Source: Oscillospiraceae bacterium (GTDB taxonomy: Bacteria > Bacillota > Clostridia > Oscillospirales > Acutalibacteraceae). From it: 64,000 bases of DNA. The stretch covers positions 66,115 through 130,114 of the forward strand of contig SVPG01000001.1 in the NCBI GenBank assembly GCA_015065975.1, read 5' to 3'. Shown piece by piece: positions 1 through 10,436 of the stretch. The position numbers were made by a program, and so were the translations under genes. Every line of letters starts with the position of its first letter. The first letter of the stretch is position 1. The notes beneath the pieces are model-generated. The model worked only from the letters and a program-made list of their open reading frames with translations, ran no database searches and was not told where the DNA came from.

Positions 1-677
1 AGCGCACCCGTCCCCGCCGCACCGTAAAGACCCTTGTGCGCGGGAACGCAGATATAATCGACCTTCTGCCCTGCAAGCGACAGCGGAAGAACTCCCGCCG
101 ACTGAGCCGCATCGACTCCGAACGGTATCCCGAGCCGTGCGCACATATCTCCGATATCTTCTATCGGAAGCCTTATACCGCTCACGTTCGATGCGTGCGT
201 ACAGAACACGAGTCTCGTATTGCGCCTGACCGCGCGGCAGAAATTTCTCACCGTCTGTTCGGGATCATTTTCGCACACGTGCGCTCGTGTCACTGTCACT
301 CCGTATTTCTCAAGTGTATGCAGAGGTCTGACTACGGCGTTGTGTTCCAGATCGGATATGACAACGTGGTCTCCCGTGCGCAGTATCCCCTTGAGCACGA
401 AATTGATGCTGTATGTGCACCCGGGCGTAAAAATCACCTTCTCGGGCTCATCGGCGCCGAAAAAGCACGCTGCCGTCTTTCTCGCTTCGTACAGCTCGCG
501 GGCACTTGACTGCGAAAGCGCGTGCGCTCCTCTGCCGGGATTTGCCGCAAAACACTCCACCGCTCTTTTCACGGCATTTGCCACACCTGTCGGTTTCGGA
601 AGAGTGGTTGCGGCATTGTCGAGATAAATTATTCGGCGCGCATTTTTTGCTCTGCGCGAGCACGATCTATTTTCCAA
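1..677 (-). CDS. Cysteine desulfurase-family class-V aminotransferase (PLP-dependent). Partial: the C-terminus lies beyond the window start.
   Basis: Minus-strand translation gives IYLDNAATTLPKPTGVANAVKRAVE...VIFTPGCTYSINFVLKGIL...GIRLPIEDIGDMCARLGIPFGVDAAQSAG...ICVPAHKGLYGAAGTGAL, a typical class-V aminotransferase N-terminus. No in-frame ATG; a candidate TTG start at 677 sits behind a GGAGG box. Confidence 0.7.
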   Translation of the reverse strand, partial: MENRSCSRRAKNARRIIYLDNAATTLPKPTGVANAVKRAVECFAANPGRGAHALSQSSARELYEARKTAACFFGADEPEKVIFTPGCTYSINFVLKGILRTGDHVVISDLEHNAVVRPLHTLEKYGVTVTRAHVCENDPEQTVRNFCRAVRRNTRLVFCTHASNVSGIRLPIEDIGDMCARLGIPFGVDAAQSAGVLPLSLAGQKVDYICVPAHKGLYGAAGTGA

Positions 678-906
678 GCCGCACCTCCGAAACACTCTTT
701 ATATTTATTCCCGCATCGGCAAGCACCGATTTTGCCCTCGCCATATCGCTGCCCGAAACGACCACTCCTTCGGCACAGCCGTCATCATCCGTGACCTTTC
801 TTATCGATGTCTTTATAGAATTCTTCAAAAGCAGCTCCGCAGCACGTCTCGTGCGCGTCTGCGAGCCTATTTTCAAAAGCAGCATTGCAATATCATTTCC
901 TTTCAA
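667..906 (-). CDS. DUF3343-like small protein (putative Se/S carrier-like), partner of the cysteine desulfurase
   Basis: 79-aa ORF with an A/L-rich N-terminus, a conserved CG dipeptide, and tight linkage or overlap with the desulfurase start. Confidence 0.45.
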   Translation of the reverse strand: MKGNDIAMLLLKIGSQTRTRRAAELLLKNSIKTSIRKVTDDDGCAEGVVVSGSDMARAKSVLADAGINIKSVSEVRLGK

Positions 907-1008
907 CTTTGTGAAAAACGCTCACTGCATTTCTCTCACAACATAATATGCCGTCTGTCATAAAGATGCTCAGAGCGGCATACCATTTGGCGAAAGGCGG
1001 TAGGTAAA

Positions 1009-1593
1009 ATGTTTGTATGGTCACTTAAACTATCAAAGAGAGAAATCATCATTTTCGCTGTCGGAATAGCGGCATTTATCCTTCTTGTGTTCCTTCTGCT
1101 CACACCGGGCGGGGCATCGGCCACATCACTCGAAGATTCGGGATATACACTGACCGCCGACAGCGCAGATTCACGGGCACGGTTTCTCTCACAGTTCGGC
1201 TGGGAGACCGAGAGCGATCCGACCGAGGTCAGAGAGATAGTCATTCCCGCACAGTTCGGCGACGTTTATAACGAGTACAACGAGCTCCAGAAAAAGCAGG
1301 GTTTTGATCTCGAAAAACTCCGCGGAGAGCGTGTCAAAAAATGGACCTATGTAATCACCAACTATCCCAACGTCTCGGGCGCGGTTGTCGCAAACCTGCT
1401 CATCAAGGACGGCAAGGTTGTCGGCGGCGACATAAGCTCTGCCGAATTCGGCGGATTCATGCACGGTTTTGAGCCTTCAGCCTCCGCCGAGGTCACATCT
1501 CAGGCGCAGGCCTCCGCGAGCTTTATTGACCGCTCTGTACCGGCTTCGATCCCAAGCGCGAGCGACACTCCGCCCGAGCCCGAAGATCTCTGA
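1009..1593 (+). CDS. DUF4830 domain-containing membrane-anchored protein
   Basis: N-terminal TM helix and motif SRARFLSQFGWETESDPTEVREIVIPAQFGDVYNEYNELQKKQGFDLEKLRGERVKKWTY, typical of DUF4830. Confidence 0.7.
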   Translation: MFVWSLKLSKREIIIFAVGIAAFILLVFLLLTPGGASATSLEDSGYTLTADSADSRARFLSQFGWETESDPTEVREIVIPAQFGDVYNEYNELQKKQGFDLEKLRGERVKKWTYVITNYPNVSGAVVANLLIKDGKVVGGDISSAEFGGFMHGFEPSASAEVTSQAQASASFIDRSVPASIPSASDTPPEPEDL

Positions 1594-1721
1594 TTTTTTA
1601 TAAATTGTAAAATTATTCAATTACACGACAAAAGCGGCAAATATTCTTGAAATGTTCATATCCTCCCGTTATAATTGTAAATTGAATCAATTATTTACAA
1701 GAAAAGGGAGGGACGCTGGAC

Positions 1722-3494
1722 ATGGACTTTTATGATACCGATTATCCTGTGCGCAGGAACAATCGTCCGCGCCGCCGTCCGTCAAATCATATGATGAACG
1801 CACCGAGGCCCGATGACCGCGGATATGAATACAATAAGAAACAGAAAATGATGACCGTAGTCTTTTCGGCAGGTCTCATAGCTCTGATTTCTCTGAATAT
1901 AATATGCCTGATACTTTTTTCAAATCCGACCTCCTCGGGTGAGGTTCTGCAGCTTCCGACGGCTATGGCGATGACCGACGATATCATGTACGATTCTGTT
2001 CTCAAACCGTATATCGACGAGCGGCTCGACGGCATGACCGTCACCGTCACGGCAGGCGGACAGACAAAACAGTGTAAGCTTTCTGATTTTGATTTCGAAT
2101 ACAATCACGGTGCCAACGGACAGCGCGAGCTTGTCGCCGTCTCCTCAACCGACGCAGGAGGCGAGTCCTATCTTTACTGCACCCACGGCTCGCTCAGATA
2201 CAATCACACAAAGCTTCGCCAGTTCCTCGATCTGCTCGCGGGAGAGAACTGCATACCCGTTGTCGATTCCTACTACACGATAGATTACAAGGCTTCCACA
2301 ATGACCGTCCACGCAGGCACCGACGGTTACGGCATAAACGCATCAGATTTCATGAACAAACTCATTGCTCTTGCTTCATCGGGCGCAGATTCGGGAACGG
2401 TCAACTGCGAGATAGGCGCTGTCACAGCTTCGTCCATCACGGCAGATGAACTTTATCTCTGGGCTCACAAGCTGCCCAAGGACGCCTATTCTATAAACAA
2501 CCCCGACGGCACCGTAACTTATTATGCCGAGATAATCGGAATAGATTTTGATAAATCGACCGCAGCCTCTGCCCTGTCTTCAAGCGCCGACGGCTGCACC
2601 ATTCCCGTAAAAGTAACATATCCGAAGATCGACCTCAAGGAGCTCAAAAAGTACACCTTCCCCGATCTTCTCGCAACATACTACACCTATTTTTCAACCT
2701 CCAACAAGCAGAGAGCTCACAACCTCACCCTCGCCGCATCGAAGATAAACGGAAAGGTGCTCGAGCCGGGCGAACAGCTCTCCTTCAACGAAACAGTCGG
2801 TGAGCGTACTCCCGAAAACGGGTTCCAGCAGGCGACCGTCTACACAAGCGAAGGAACAGACGAGGGTTACGGCGGCGGTATCTGCCAGACCTCCTCCACC
2901 CTTTATTACACCTGTATTCTTTCAAATCTCCAGATAGACGAGCGAAAGAATCACCGCTATACCGTCACCTATATGCGCGACGACAAGAGCGGCTACAACG
3001 TATACGGCAACGACGCGACGGTCAACTGGGGTACTATCGACTATAAATTCACAAACAGCAAGGAATACCCGATAAAGCTTGAAATGTACGCCGACGGCGG
3101 CAAGCTGATATGCAATATCCGCGGAACAGCCGACGGAAGCACCGCCAGATTCGTCTACGAAAACAGCGATTTCAAGCCTTACGGAGTTGTCTACAAGAAG
3201 CCCGCTGCAGGCAAGACCGATCAGGGCGGACATTCGGGAAGAACGGTAAAATCCTACCGTGTTGTATATCAGGACGGAAAAGAGGTATCCCGCAAGCTCG
3301 AGCACACCAGTGTGTACAGCATGCTCAATCAGATGTATTATACCTCCACTCCCCCGCAGGGCGTGCAGTATGATGTCGAGTACACTCAGGATTACATCAA
3401 ATCGCTGACGACTCCGACAACTACAACCACAGCACCGACAACTACCACAACGGCTGCTCCGACAACTACCACAACTACAACCGCAGCAGCATAG
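1722..3494 (+). CDS. VanW family protein with N-terminal TM segment and C-terminal Thr/Pro/Ala-rich tail
   Basis: GGGICQTSSTLY VanW core motif; GGGAGGG RBS before the ATG; C-terminus TPTTTTTAPTTTTTAAPTTTTTTTAAA. Confidence 0.8.
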   Translation: MDFYDTDYPVRRNNRPRRRPSNHMMNAPRPDDRGYEYNKKQKMMTVVFSAGLIALISLNIICLILFSNPTSSGEVLQLPTAMAMTDDIMYDSVLKPYIDERLDGMTVTVTAGGQTKQCKLSDFDFEYNHGANGQRELVAVSSTDAGGESYLYCTHGSLRYNHTKLRQFLDLLAGENCIPVVDSYYTIDYKASTMTVHAGTDGYGINASDFMNKLIALASSGADSGTVNCEIGAVTASSITADELYLWAHKLPKDAYSINNPDGTVTYYAEIIGIDFDKSTAASALSSSADGCTIPVKVTYPKIDLKELKKYTFPDLLATYYTYFSTSNKQRAHNLTLAASKINGKVLEPGEQLSFNETVGERTPENGFQQATVYTSEGTDEGYGGGICQTSSTLYYTCILSNLQIDERKNHRYTVTYMRDDKSGYNVYGNDATVNWGTIDYKFTNSKEYPIKLEMYADGGKLICNIRGTADGSTARFVYENSDFKPYGVVYKKPAAGKTDQGGHSGRTVKSYRVVYQDGKEVSRKLEHTSVYSMLNQMYYTSTPPQGVQYDVEYTQDYIKSLTTPTTTTTAPTTTTTAAPTTTTTTTAAA

Positions 3495-3509
3495 ACCGAA
3501 TTTTCAAAG

Positions 3510-3550
3510 CAGCTTTTGACACCCCAAAAGCTGCTTTGCATTTTTATTTT
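3510..3550 (+). terminator. Rho-independent terminator after the VanW gene
   Basis: caaagcagctttt..aaaagctgctttg stem followed by a T-run. Confidence 0.6.
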
Positions 3551-3561
3551 GGAGGACAGAT

Positions 3562-4119
3562 ATGGAATCGAGAAAATTACTCGAAGCGCTGAGCGTTGCC
3601 GAAAGGCTCAAGGACGCAACCCGTCACTGCTACACAAAAGACGGTCGGCACGAAAGCGTCGCGGAGCACAGCTGGATGATGACACTTATGGCATTTTTCA
3701 TAAAGGACGAGTTCCCCGAAGCCGATATGGACAAGGTTATCAGAATGTGTATCATTCACGATCTCGGCGAAGCTTTCACGGGCGATATCCCCACGTTCGA
3801 AAAGACTTCGGCAAACGAAAAGACCGAAGAGGAGCTCCTTTCCTCATGGGTAGACACGCTGCCCGAAAATCTAAGAGCCGAAATGACTCAGCTGTACGGC
3901 GAAATGGCAAAACGCGAAACACCCGAAGCGAAAATCTACAAAGCCATAGATTCGCTCGAGGCTCTTATCCAGCACAACATTTCCGATCTGTCAACCTGGA
4001 TTGAAAAGGAATACGAGCTCAACAGGACATATGCTGACGACAAGGTCGCCTTTTCCGAATATCTCAAAGATTTGCGCGAAGAAATACGCAGGGATACTCT
4101 CAGAAAGCTCGGAGAATAA
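3562..4119 (+). CDS. HD domain phosphohydrolase (YfbR-like 5'-deoxynucleotidase family)
   Basis: HSWMM...IIHDLGEAFTGDIPT HD motif; GGAGG RBS. Confidence 0.75.
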   Translation: MESRKLLEALSVAERLKDATRHCYTKDGRHESVAEHSWMMTLMAFFIKDEFPEADMDKVIRMCIIHDLGEAFTGDIPTFEKTSANEKTEEELLSSWVDTLPENLRAEMTQLYGEMAKRETPEAKIYKAIDSLEALIQHNISDLSTWIEKEYELNRTYADDKVAFSEYLKDLREEIRRDTLRKLGE

Positions 4120-4130
4120 AGAGGTAAACT

Positions 4131-4907
4131 ATGATAGGTATATATTTCAGCGGAACAGGTAATTCCGCATACGCGGCAGAGGTTTTCATGAAAGCATACG
4201 ACGGCTCCTCTGACGTGTTTCCAATCGAAGACAAAAAGCTTCCGCAGCTTCTCAAAGAACACGACGAGCTTGTAATAAGTTACCCCGTGCAGTACAGCGA
4301 TGTTCCAAAGTTTCTCAGAGATTTCGTGCACGACAACCGCGACGTATGGCGCGGAAAAAGAATCTTCATCATTGCCACAATGGCGTTGTTCAGCGGAGAC
4401 GGTGCAGGCGTTCTCGGACGTCTGCTCAAGCAGTACGGCGCAGAGATAACGGGCGGTCTGCATCTGCAGATGCCCGACAGCATCGCTGACGAAAAGGTGC
4501 TGAAACGCTCGCTTCGCGCAAACATTCAGCTCGTGGAAAAAGCCGCCGAAAAAACAGCAAAAGCCGCTCAAAGTATAAAGAGCGGGCGATATCCGCAGGA
4601 AGGTCTTGGGCTTCTGTCCCGTCTTGCGGGATTTCTGACTCAGAGACTGTGGTTCGGTTACAGGACTCGGAAGTACAGCAGCCGATTAAATATCAATACG
4701 GAAAAATGCGTCGGCTGTTCAAAGTGCGCAAAAGCCTGCCCGACACAGAACATCGTGATGAATGGCAACAGAGCCGAAGGACTCGACAGATGCACGCTGT
4801 GTTACCGATGTGTGAATCTCTGCCCGAAACAGGCTATCACACTTCTCGGAAAAAGAGTTGTCGAGCAGACCTGCATCGAAAAATATTCAGGGAGAAAAGA
4901 CATATGA
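4131..4907 (+). CDS. EFR1-family ferredoxin (flavodoxin-like domain plus 2x[4Fe-4S] ferredoxin domain)
   Basis: N-terminal GIYFSGTGNS flavodoxin-like motif; C-terminal CVGCSKCAKACP and CTLCYRCVNLCP cysteine clusters. Confidence 0.8.
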   Translation: MIGIYFSGTGNSAYAAEVFMKAYDGSSDVFPIEDKKLPQLLKEHDELVISYPVQYSDVPKFLRDFVHDNRDVWRGKRIFIIATMALFSGDGAGVLGRLLKQYGAEITGGLHLQMPDSIADEKVLKRSLRANIQLVEKAAEKTAKAAQSIKSGRYPQEGLGLLSRLAGFLTQRLWFGYRTRKYSSRLNINTEKCVGCSKCAKACPTQNIVMNGNRAEGLDRCTLCYRCVNLCPKQAITLLGKRVVEQTCIEKYSGRKDI

Positions 4908-5479
4908 GCGAAAGACCGCAATTGAGCAAAGAGCTTGACGCAAATACCTTTCTGAGCTTCTATTATCTCAAAGAGGAGCTGGTAGATTTCTGCCGTGAAA
5001 ACGGATTGCCCTCTTCGGGTGGAAAGGCTGAGCTCACCGACAGAATTGCCGTTTTCCTCGAAACAGGAAAAATCCTGAAGGCTTCCTCAAAAAGAAAAAC
5101 AGCGTCAACCGTCGGCATTATCACCGAGGACACGATAATAGAACCCGATATCGTCTGCTCCGAAAAGCATCGCGCATTCTTTACCGAAAAGATAGGCAAA
5201 GGCTTTTCTTTCAATGTCCTCTTTCAGAAATGGCTGAAAAGCAACGCGGGAAAGACCTATAAAGACGCTGTAGATGCATATTACCGAATCCTCGAAGAAA
5301 AGAAAAAGGGGAAAGCCACAATAGACAAGCAGTTTGAGTACAATACATACATTCGCGATTTCTTCGAGGCAAATCCCGGAAGGAGTCTTGAAGAAGCCAT
5401 CGTCTGCTGGAAATACAAAAAGAGCGTGCAGGGACATAACCGATATGAACGGTCGGACCTTGCCGCATTGGAGAGATAA
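4904..5479 (+). CDS. SAP domain-containing protein
   Basis: LPSSGGKAELTDRIAVFLETGK SAP motif; the ATG overlaps the upstream stop (ATGA), so translation is coupled. The six-frame ORF starting at 4649 is an in-frame upstream extension inside the ferredoxin gene. Confidence 0.6.
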   Translation: MSERPQLSKELDANTFLSFYYLKEELVDFCRENGLPSSGGKAELTDRIAVFLETGKILKASSKRKTASTVGIITEDTIIEPDIVCSEKHRAFFTEKIGKGFSFNVLFQKWLKSNAGKTYKDAVDAYYRILEEKKKGKATIDKQFEYNTYIRDFFEANPGRSLEEAIVCWKYKKSVQGHNRYERSDLAALER

Positions 5480-5486
5480 AAAAACA

Positions 5487-5522
5487 AAGCCGTGAAGAAA
5501 AAATCTTCACGGCTTCTTTTTT
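5487..5522. terminator. Bidirectional terminator between the convergent SAP gene and rfbD
   Basis: aaagccgtgaag..cttcacggcttc hairpin flanked by A- and T-runs. Confidence 0.6.
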
Positions 5523-6373
5523 CAGTTTGCTTTAAGCTCGTTGTTTATATATCTTCTGAGGGCATCGCGCCACTCGGGAAGTCTCTCAAAACCGCTCAGT
5601 TCAAGCTTATCCTTTGACATTCTTGAGTTGAGAGGACGCTTCGCCCTTGCAGGATACTGATCGGAGGTTATGGGGTTGACCTTGCAGTCAAGTCCCGCCT
5701 CCTCCATTATAGCCTGCGCAAATTCGCACCACGAGCAGATACCCTCGTTGGTTGCGTGATAGATTCCGTATTTCTCGGTTACGACCATATCACAAAGCAG
5801 ACGCGCAAGGTCGAGCGTATATGTCGGCGAACCGATCTGATCGGCAACGACATTGAGGCTCTCTCTTTCTGCGCCGAGTCTCATCATCGTCTTTACAAAG
5901 TTCGCTCCGTTGAGACCGAACACCCACGATATTCTGACGATGAAATACTTCGACAGAAGCGCTGTCACTTCATCCTCGCCCTGCGATTTCGTAAGTCCGT
6001 AGACACTCTGCGGAGCCTTTGCATCGTCGGGCTCATAGAATCTCTCACCGCTGCCTTCAAAGACATAGTCGGTGCTGATATAGATCATCTTTGCGTCGAT
6101 ATCACGGCACGCATTGGCGACGTTTCTTGTGCCGAAACGGTTGACCGCCTCACACACCTCGGCGTTGTCCTCCGCCTTGTCAACTGCGGTATATGCAGCA
6201 CAGTGAACGACCGCATCGGGAGCGTAATTCTTTATATATGCCGAAACAGCCTCGCTGTCGGTAAGGTCAAAATCCTCGATGTCGACACCTTTGTTCTCAA
6301 TGCCGAGCTCATCGAGTCTTTTTACGACGTCATAGCCAAGCTGACCTTTTACTCCGGTTACAAGAATTTTCAT
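5522..6373 (-). CDS. rfbD: dTDP-4-dehydrorhamnose reductase
   Basis: MKILVTGVKGQLGYDV Rossmann N-terminus; synteny with rfbABC. Confidence 0.9.
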   Translation of the reverse strand: MKILVTGVKGQLGYDVVKRLDELGIENKGVDIEDFDLTDSEAVSAYIKNYAPDAVVHCAAYTAVDKAEDNAEVCEAVNRFGTRNVANACRDIDAKMIYISTDYVFEGSGERFYEPDDAKAPQSVYGLTKSQGEDEVTALLSKYFIVRISWVFGLNGANFVKTMMRLGAERESLNVVADQIGSPTYTLDLARLLCDMVVTEKYGIYHATNEGICSWCEFAQAIMEEAGLDCKVNPITSDQYPARAKRPLNSRMSKDKLELSGFERLPEWRDALRRYINNELKAN

Positions 6374-6375
6374 GA

Positions 6376-7395
6376 TTATCTGTCCTTATACATCTTTTCG
6401 TAGTAGCTCTGATAATCGCCTGCAAGGATATTCTGCCACCAGTCCTCATTATCGAGATACCACTTGATCGTCTTCTTTATACCGTCATCAAACTTTGTCT
6501 GCGGCAGCCAGCCAAGCTCGCCGTGAATCTTTGTCGGGTCGATAGCATAACGCATATCGTGTCCCGGACGGTCGGTTACATAGCTGATAAGCTCTTCGGG
6601 CTTGTCGAGCTCGCGGAGAATGGTCTTGACAACCTCGAGATTTGTTCTCTCGTTATGACCGCCGATATTGTAGACCTCACCCTCACGACCCTGTCTGATA
6701 ACAAGGTCGATAGCCGAGCAATGATCCTCAACATAAAGCCAGTCGCGGACATTCTCGCCCTTGCCGTATACGGGAAGAGACTGGTCTGCAAGCGCACGGG
6801 AGATCATGAGCGGAATGAGCTTCTCGGGGAAATGATAGGGACCGTAGTTATTGGAGCAGCGTGTTATGCTGACGGGAAGCTTGTATGTTCTGTGGTATGC
6901 GAGAACGATAAGGTCAGCAGCCGCCTTCGATGCGGAATAGGGGCTGGAGGTATGGATGGGGGTATCCTCTGTAAAGAAGAGGTCGGGACGGTCGAGCGGA
7001 AGATCGCCGTAGACTTCGTCAGTGGATACCTGATGATATCTCTTTATGCCGTACTTGCGGCAGGCGTCCATAAGCACCTGTGTGCCGAGAATATTTGTAC
7101 GAAGGAATATCTCGGGGTTTTCGATTGAACGGTCAACGTGGCTCTCTGCCGCAAAATTGACGATGATGTCGGGCTTTTCTTCCTCAAAGAGCTTATTGAC
7201 ACAATCTCTGTCTGCAATGTCGCCCTTTACAAAACGGAAGTTCTCATTCTTCATCGCTTCCTCAAGGGTTGCGAGATTGCCCGCATAGGTAAGCGCATCG
7301 AGACATACTATTCTGTCCTCAGGGTGATTCTCGAGCTCGTAATAAACGAAGTTGCTGCCGATAAATCCGGCGCCGCCTGTTACAATAATAGTCAT
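6376..7395 (-). CDS. rfbB: dTDP-glucose 4,6-dehydratase
   Basis: MTIIVTGGAGFIGSNFV...YxxxK SDR-type dehydratase; rfb synteny. Confidence 0.9.
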   Translation of the reverse strand: MTIIVTGGAGFIGSNFVYYELENHPEDRIVCLDALTYAGNLATLEEAMKNENFRFVKGDIADRDCVNKLFEEEKPDIIVNFAAESHVDRSIENPEIFLRTNILGTQVLMDACRKYGIKRYHQVSTDEVYGDLPLDRPDLFFTEDTPIHTSSPYSASKAAADLIVLAYHRTYKLPVSITRCSNNYGPYHFPEKLIPLMISRALADQSLPVYGKGENVRDWLYVEDHCSAIDLVIRQGREGEVYNIGGHNERTNLEVVKTILRELDKPEELISYVTDRPGHDMRYAIDPTKIHGELGWLPQTKFDDGIKKTIKWYLDNEDWWQNILAGDYQSYYEKMYKDR

Positions 7396-7436
7396 ATTCC
7401 TACTCCTTATTGTTATAATTTATGCCTTAATCACTT

Positions 7437-7988
7437 TTAGTATTCAAAATTACAGTCGCTGTCGTTCAGCACGGGAGCGTTGAGGTCTTTATCCGAAAGG
7501 ATCGGATCGCTGATGCCCCAATCGACACCTATGGTCTCGTCGTCAAAGCGAATGGAACGGTCGTGTTCCTTCGAATATGGATTGTCGACCTTGTAGCAGA
7601 ACTCGACATTATCGGTTACGGTAAGGAATCCGTGACCAAATCCGCGCGGGATATAAAGCTGACGCTTGTTCTCTGCCGAAAGCTCAACCGACACCCATTT
7701 GAGATATGTGGGTGAGCCGCGGCGAAGGTCGACTGCGGTATCGATGACCGTACCTGCAGAAACGGATACAAGCTTTGCCTGAGCCATGGGAGCGTTCTGG
7801 AAATGGATTCCGCGAAGGGTTCCCTTTTTTGCTGTAAAGCTCTTGTTATCCTGAACAAAATCGTTGTCTATGCCGATATTTGCATACTTTTCACGTGACC
7901 ACGTCTCCATGAACCAGCCGCGGTGATCGCCGAAAACATCGGGCTCAATGATAAATACACCGGGGATTTCAGTTTCGATCTTTTTCAC
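7437..7988 (-). CDS. rfbC: dTDP-4-dehydrorhamnose 3,5-epimerase
   Basis: IPGVFIIEPDVFGDHRGWFMETW cupin motif. Confidence 0.9.
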   Translation of the reverse strand: MKKIETEIPGVFIIEPDVFGDHRGWFMETWSREKYANIGIDNDFVQDNKSFTAKKGTLRGIHFQNAPMAQAKLVSVSAGTVIDTAVDLRRGSPTYLKWVSVELSAENKRQLYIPRGFGHGFLTVTDNVEFCYKVDNPYSKEHDRSIRFDDETIGVDWGISDPILSDKDLNAPVLNDSDCNFEY

Positions 7989-8006
7989 ATCAACACGTCC
8001 TTAAAC

Positions 8007-8891
8007 TCAGTAATGTATTTTTCCGTCAGCGACCGCGAGGAGATGCTGACCGTAGGGGGATTTTCCGTATCTCTTTGCCGATTCGAGAAGCTTCTCCTTG
8101 TCTATCCAGCCGTTCTTGTACGCAATTTCCTCGATAGCGGAAATCTTTATACTCTGACGCTTTTCGATCATCTGGACAAATGTGGAAGCTTCGATGAGGC
8201 TGTCCATTGTTCCTGTATCAAGCCATGCAAAGCCTCTGCCGAGAAGCTTGACGTCAAGCTTGCCCTCGTCGAGATAGAGCTGATTGAGACTTGTTATCTC
8301 AAGCTCCCCTCTGTCGCTGGGTTTGACCTGCTTTGCAAGAGCCGCCGCACGGTTGTCGTAGAAATACAGACCCGTTATGCAGTAATTCGATTTGGGATTC
8401 TTCGGTTTTTCCTCAACGGAAAGAACCTTGCCGTCCTCGTCAAATTCAACGATTCCGAAACGCTCGGGGTCGTTGACGTAATAACCGAAGATCGTTGCTC
8501 TGCCCTTTTCGGAATTTTCGGCAGCTTCACGCAATATCTTCTTGAATCCGTTGCCGTAATAGATATTGTCGCCGAGGATCATCGCACAGCAATCGTCGCC
8601 GATAAACTCCTCACCGATGATGAATGCCTGTGCAAGTCCGTCGGGTGAGGGCTGCTCAGCGTAGGAAAGGGAAATTCCGTAGCTGCTGCCGTCGCCGAGA
8701 AGGCGCTTGAAATTGGGCAGGTCGGCAGGTGTCGAGATTATGAGTATATCACGGATACCTGCGAGCATGAGTGTCGACAGCGGATAGTAAACCATCGGCT
8801 TGTCGTAAACGGGAAGGAGCTGTTTGCTTGTCACCATCGTAAGCGGATAAAGTCTTGTTCCGGAGCCTCCTGCCAATATGATTCCTTTCAT
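8007..8891 (-). CDS. rfbA: Glucose-1-phosphate thymidylyltransferase
   Basis: [18 protein letters not shown]. The second in-frame ATG at 8891 has an AAGGAAGGA RBS; the ORF track's upstream ATG at 8912 lacks proper spacing. Confidence 0.9.
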   Translation of the reverse strand: MKGIILAGGSGTRLYPLTMVTSKQLLPVYDKPMVYYPLSTLMLAGIRDILIISTPADLPNFKRLLGDGSSYGISLSYAEQPSPDGLAQAFIIGEEFIGDDCCAMILGDNIYYGNGFKKILREAAENSEKGRATIFGYYVNDPERFGIVEFDEDGKVLSVEEKPKNPKSNYCITGLYFYDNRAAALAKQVKPSDRGELEITSLNQLYLDEGKLDVKLLGRGFAWLDTGTMDSLIEASTFVQMIEKRQSIKISAIEEIAYKNGWIDKEKLLESAKRYGKSPYGQHLLAVADGKIHY

Positions 8892-8920
8892 ATGTCTGTT
8901 CCTTCCTTTCAATAAAGTCT

Positions 8921-10426
8921 TTATTTATCGGTCTTTTCCATATCTCCCGATACCATATTCATAACGGTCATTGCCAGCATATAGCACGATATACCGACAG
9001 TTGTGTTCATACACGGATTGAAATAAGCAATAACGAAGAAATAGCTTATCGAACCGAACGCCGCGATCGAAACCATCAGGTGTTTGCTCTTTCCGGCGCG
9101 AAGCGTCGTTACCGCCATCCAGATATACGGTGCGAGATAAAGCGCAAGACCGATTATTCCGAGCTTGTTGATTATATCGTGATAGAAATACTCGACGTAA
9201 CCGCTCCTGAGACTCTTCTCGATCGCTGCGGCATTGGCGCTTGCAGCAGCCGCTGCGCCGCTTGCATCGCCGCTCGCATCCTCTTCCTCTTTTTCAAACT
9301 CGATTCTGTCGAGAATCTCGGGGTGATATTTTATCGCCGCACCGAGACCGTTTCCGATCACGGGGCTTTTTACTATCGATTCGCTGAGGAGAATCTTCTT
9401 CGCCTGTCTTATTTCGCTTCCGAGCTGTACGTCCTCGCTTATCTTATCCATCTCGCCGTCACTCGTGTCGATAAGACCTCCGTCATCACCCACCATGCTC
9501 GAGGGCAGATCGGTGGAGAGAAGTATGCGGTAAAATGCGACCTTGATGAGATTCTGTCCCTTCTGCACACCTCCGAGAAGTATGATGAAGAGGACTGCAC
9601 ACGCTGCCGCAAAGCCAAACGCCTTGAGGATTCTTTTCCAGAGTCCCTTTTTGCTCACAGCAGCAAAAACAAACGCTGCCACCGCAACAACAAAGCATGC
9701 AGCATAAATGGCTCTCGTATAAGAAAGGAAAATTCCGACTATGTAAAGAGACATCAGGCCGCACCAGTGCAGGGATCTTTTTCTGTCTCCCTTCTCGGTG
9801 AGCAGGAAATAGAAAGCTATGAGAAGACCTGCGAACATATAACGGCTTCCCGTGTGGAAGAAAACTCTGACCGCAACCGAAGTCATTCCGCTCAGAGCGC
9901 ACAGACCGACATCGGTCAGCCAGTGACGCAGGGGATCTCTGAAGGGCATGAGGTTTGTGAAGCTGAGCAATATCGCTCCGACACTGACCGCTCCGCACGA
10001 ATACGCAATTGCCTTGAAGAGGGTGTTGAGCCGCTCTTTGCTGTTGATTATAACAAGCATCGTCGGCAAAAGAAGCAGATTCATGTAACCCATGAAATCG
10101 CTCTTTATAATGTCGGTGCGATTGCCCTTGACAAATCCGATCACACCGCCTATCACCATCCACACAAAGAAAGCCGCGGAGAACAGAACAACAGGTGTTT
10201 TTATGAGCTTCTTTATGTTTCTGAACAGTATCGGCAGCGAAAGAAGTCCCGCGATGCCGAAGAAAAGTATTCTCGTGGAAAGGGGACCGATCTTTGTGAG
10301 TCCGCCCGTTCCAAGAAGGATTATATCAACAAAATAGAGCAGCAGCGCGTAAAATGCATATTTCGAGCATTTTTCCTCAAACGCCGACCCTGTTTTATAA
10401 AGCGTGTTTTCCAAGTCTGCTTTCAT
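8921..10426 (-). CDS. O-antigen ligase/polymerase (Wzy-like) family polytopic membrane protein
   Basis: About 10-12 hydrophobic segments, a large loop, and a low-complexity acidic/Ala insert ([22 protein letters not shown]). Confidence 0.65.
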   Translation of the reverse strand: MKADLENTLYKTGSAFEEKCSKYAFYALLLYFVDIILLGTGGLTKIGPLSTRILFFGIAGLLSLPILFRNIKKLIKTPVVLFSAAFFVWMVIGGVIGFVKGNRTDIIKSDFMGYMNLLLLPTMLVIINSKERLNTLFKAIAYSCGAVSVGAILLSFTNLMPFRDPLRHWLTDVGLCALSGMTSVAVRVFFHTGSRYMFAGLLIAFYFLLTEKGDRKRSLHWCGLMSLYIVGIFLSYTRAIYAACFVVAVAAFVFAAVSKKGLWKRILKAFGFAAACAVLFIILLGGVQKGQNLIKVAFYRILLSTDLPSSMVGDDGGLIDTSDGEMDKISEDVQLGSEIRQAKKILLSESIVKSPVIGNGLGAAIKYHPEILDRIEFEKEEEDASGDASGAAAAASANAAAIEKSLRSGYVEYFYHDIINKLGIIGLALYLAPYIWMAVTTLRAGKSKHLMVSIAAFGSISYFFVIAYFNPCMNTTVGISCYMLAMTVMNMVSGDMEKTDK

Positions 10427-10436
10427 TCCTTTCAGG

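Noticed and set aside
36-627. Plus-strand ORFs 36-509 and 220-627 (157 and 135 aa)
   Set aside because: Arg/Cys/His-rich translations with no domain character. They are antisense to a clearly coding class-V aminotransferase frame.
4649-4903. Upstream extension of the SAP-domain ORF (4649 start)
   Set aside because: It lies entirely within the EFR1 ferredoxin gene in another frame. The ATGA-coupled start at 4904 with a GGGAG RBS explains the gene.
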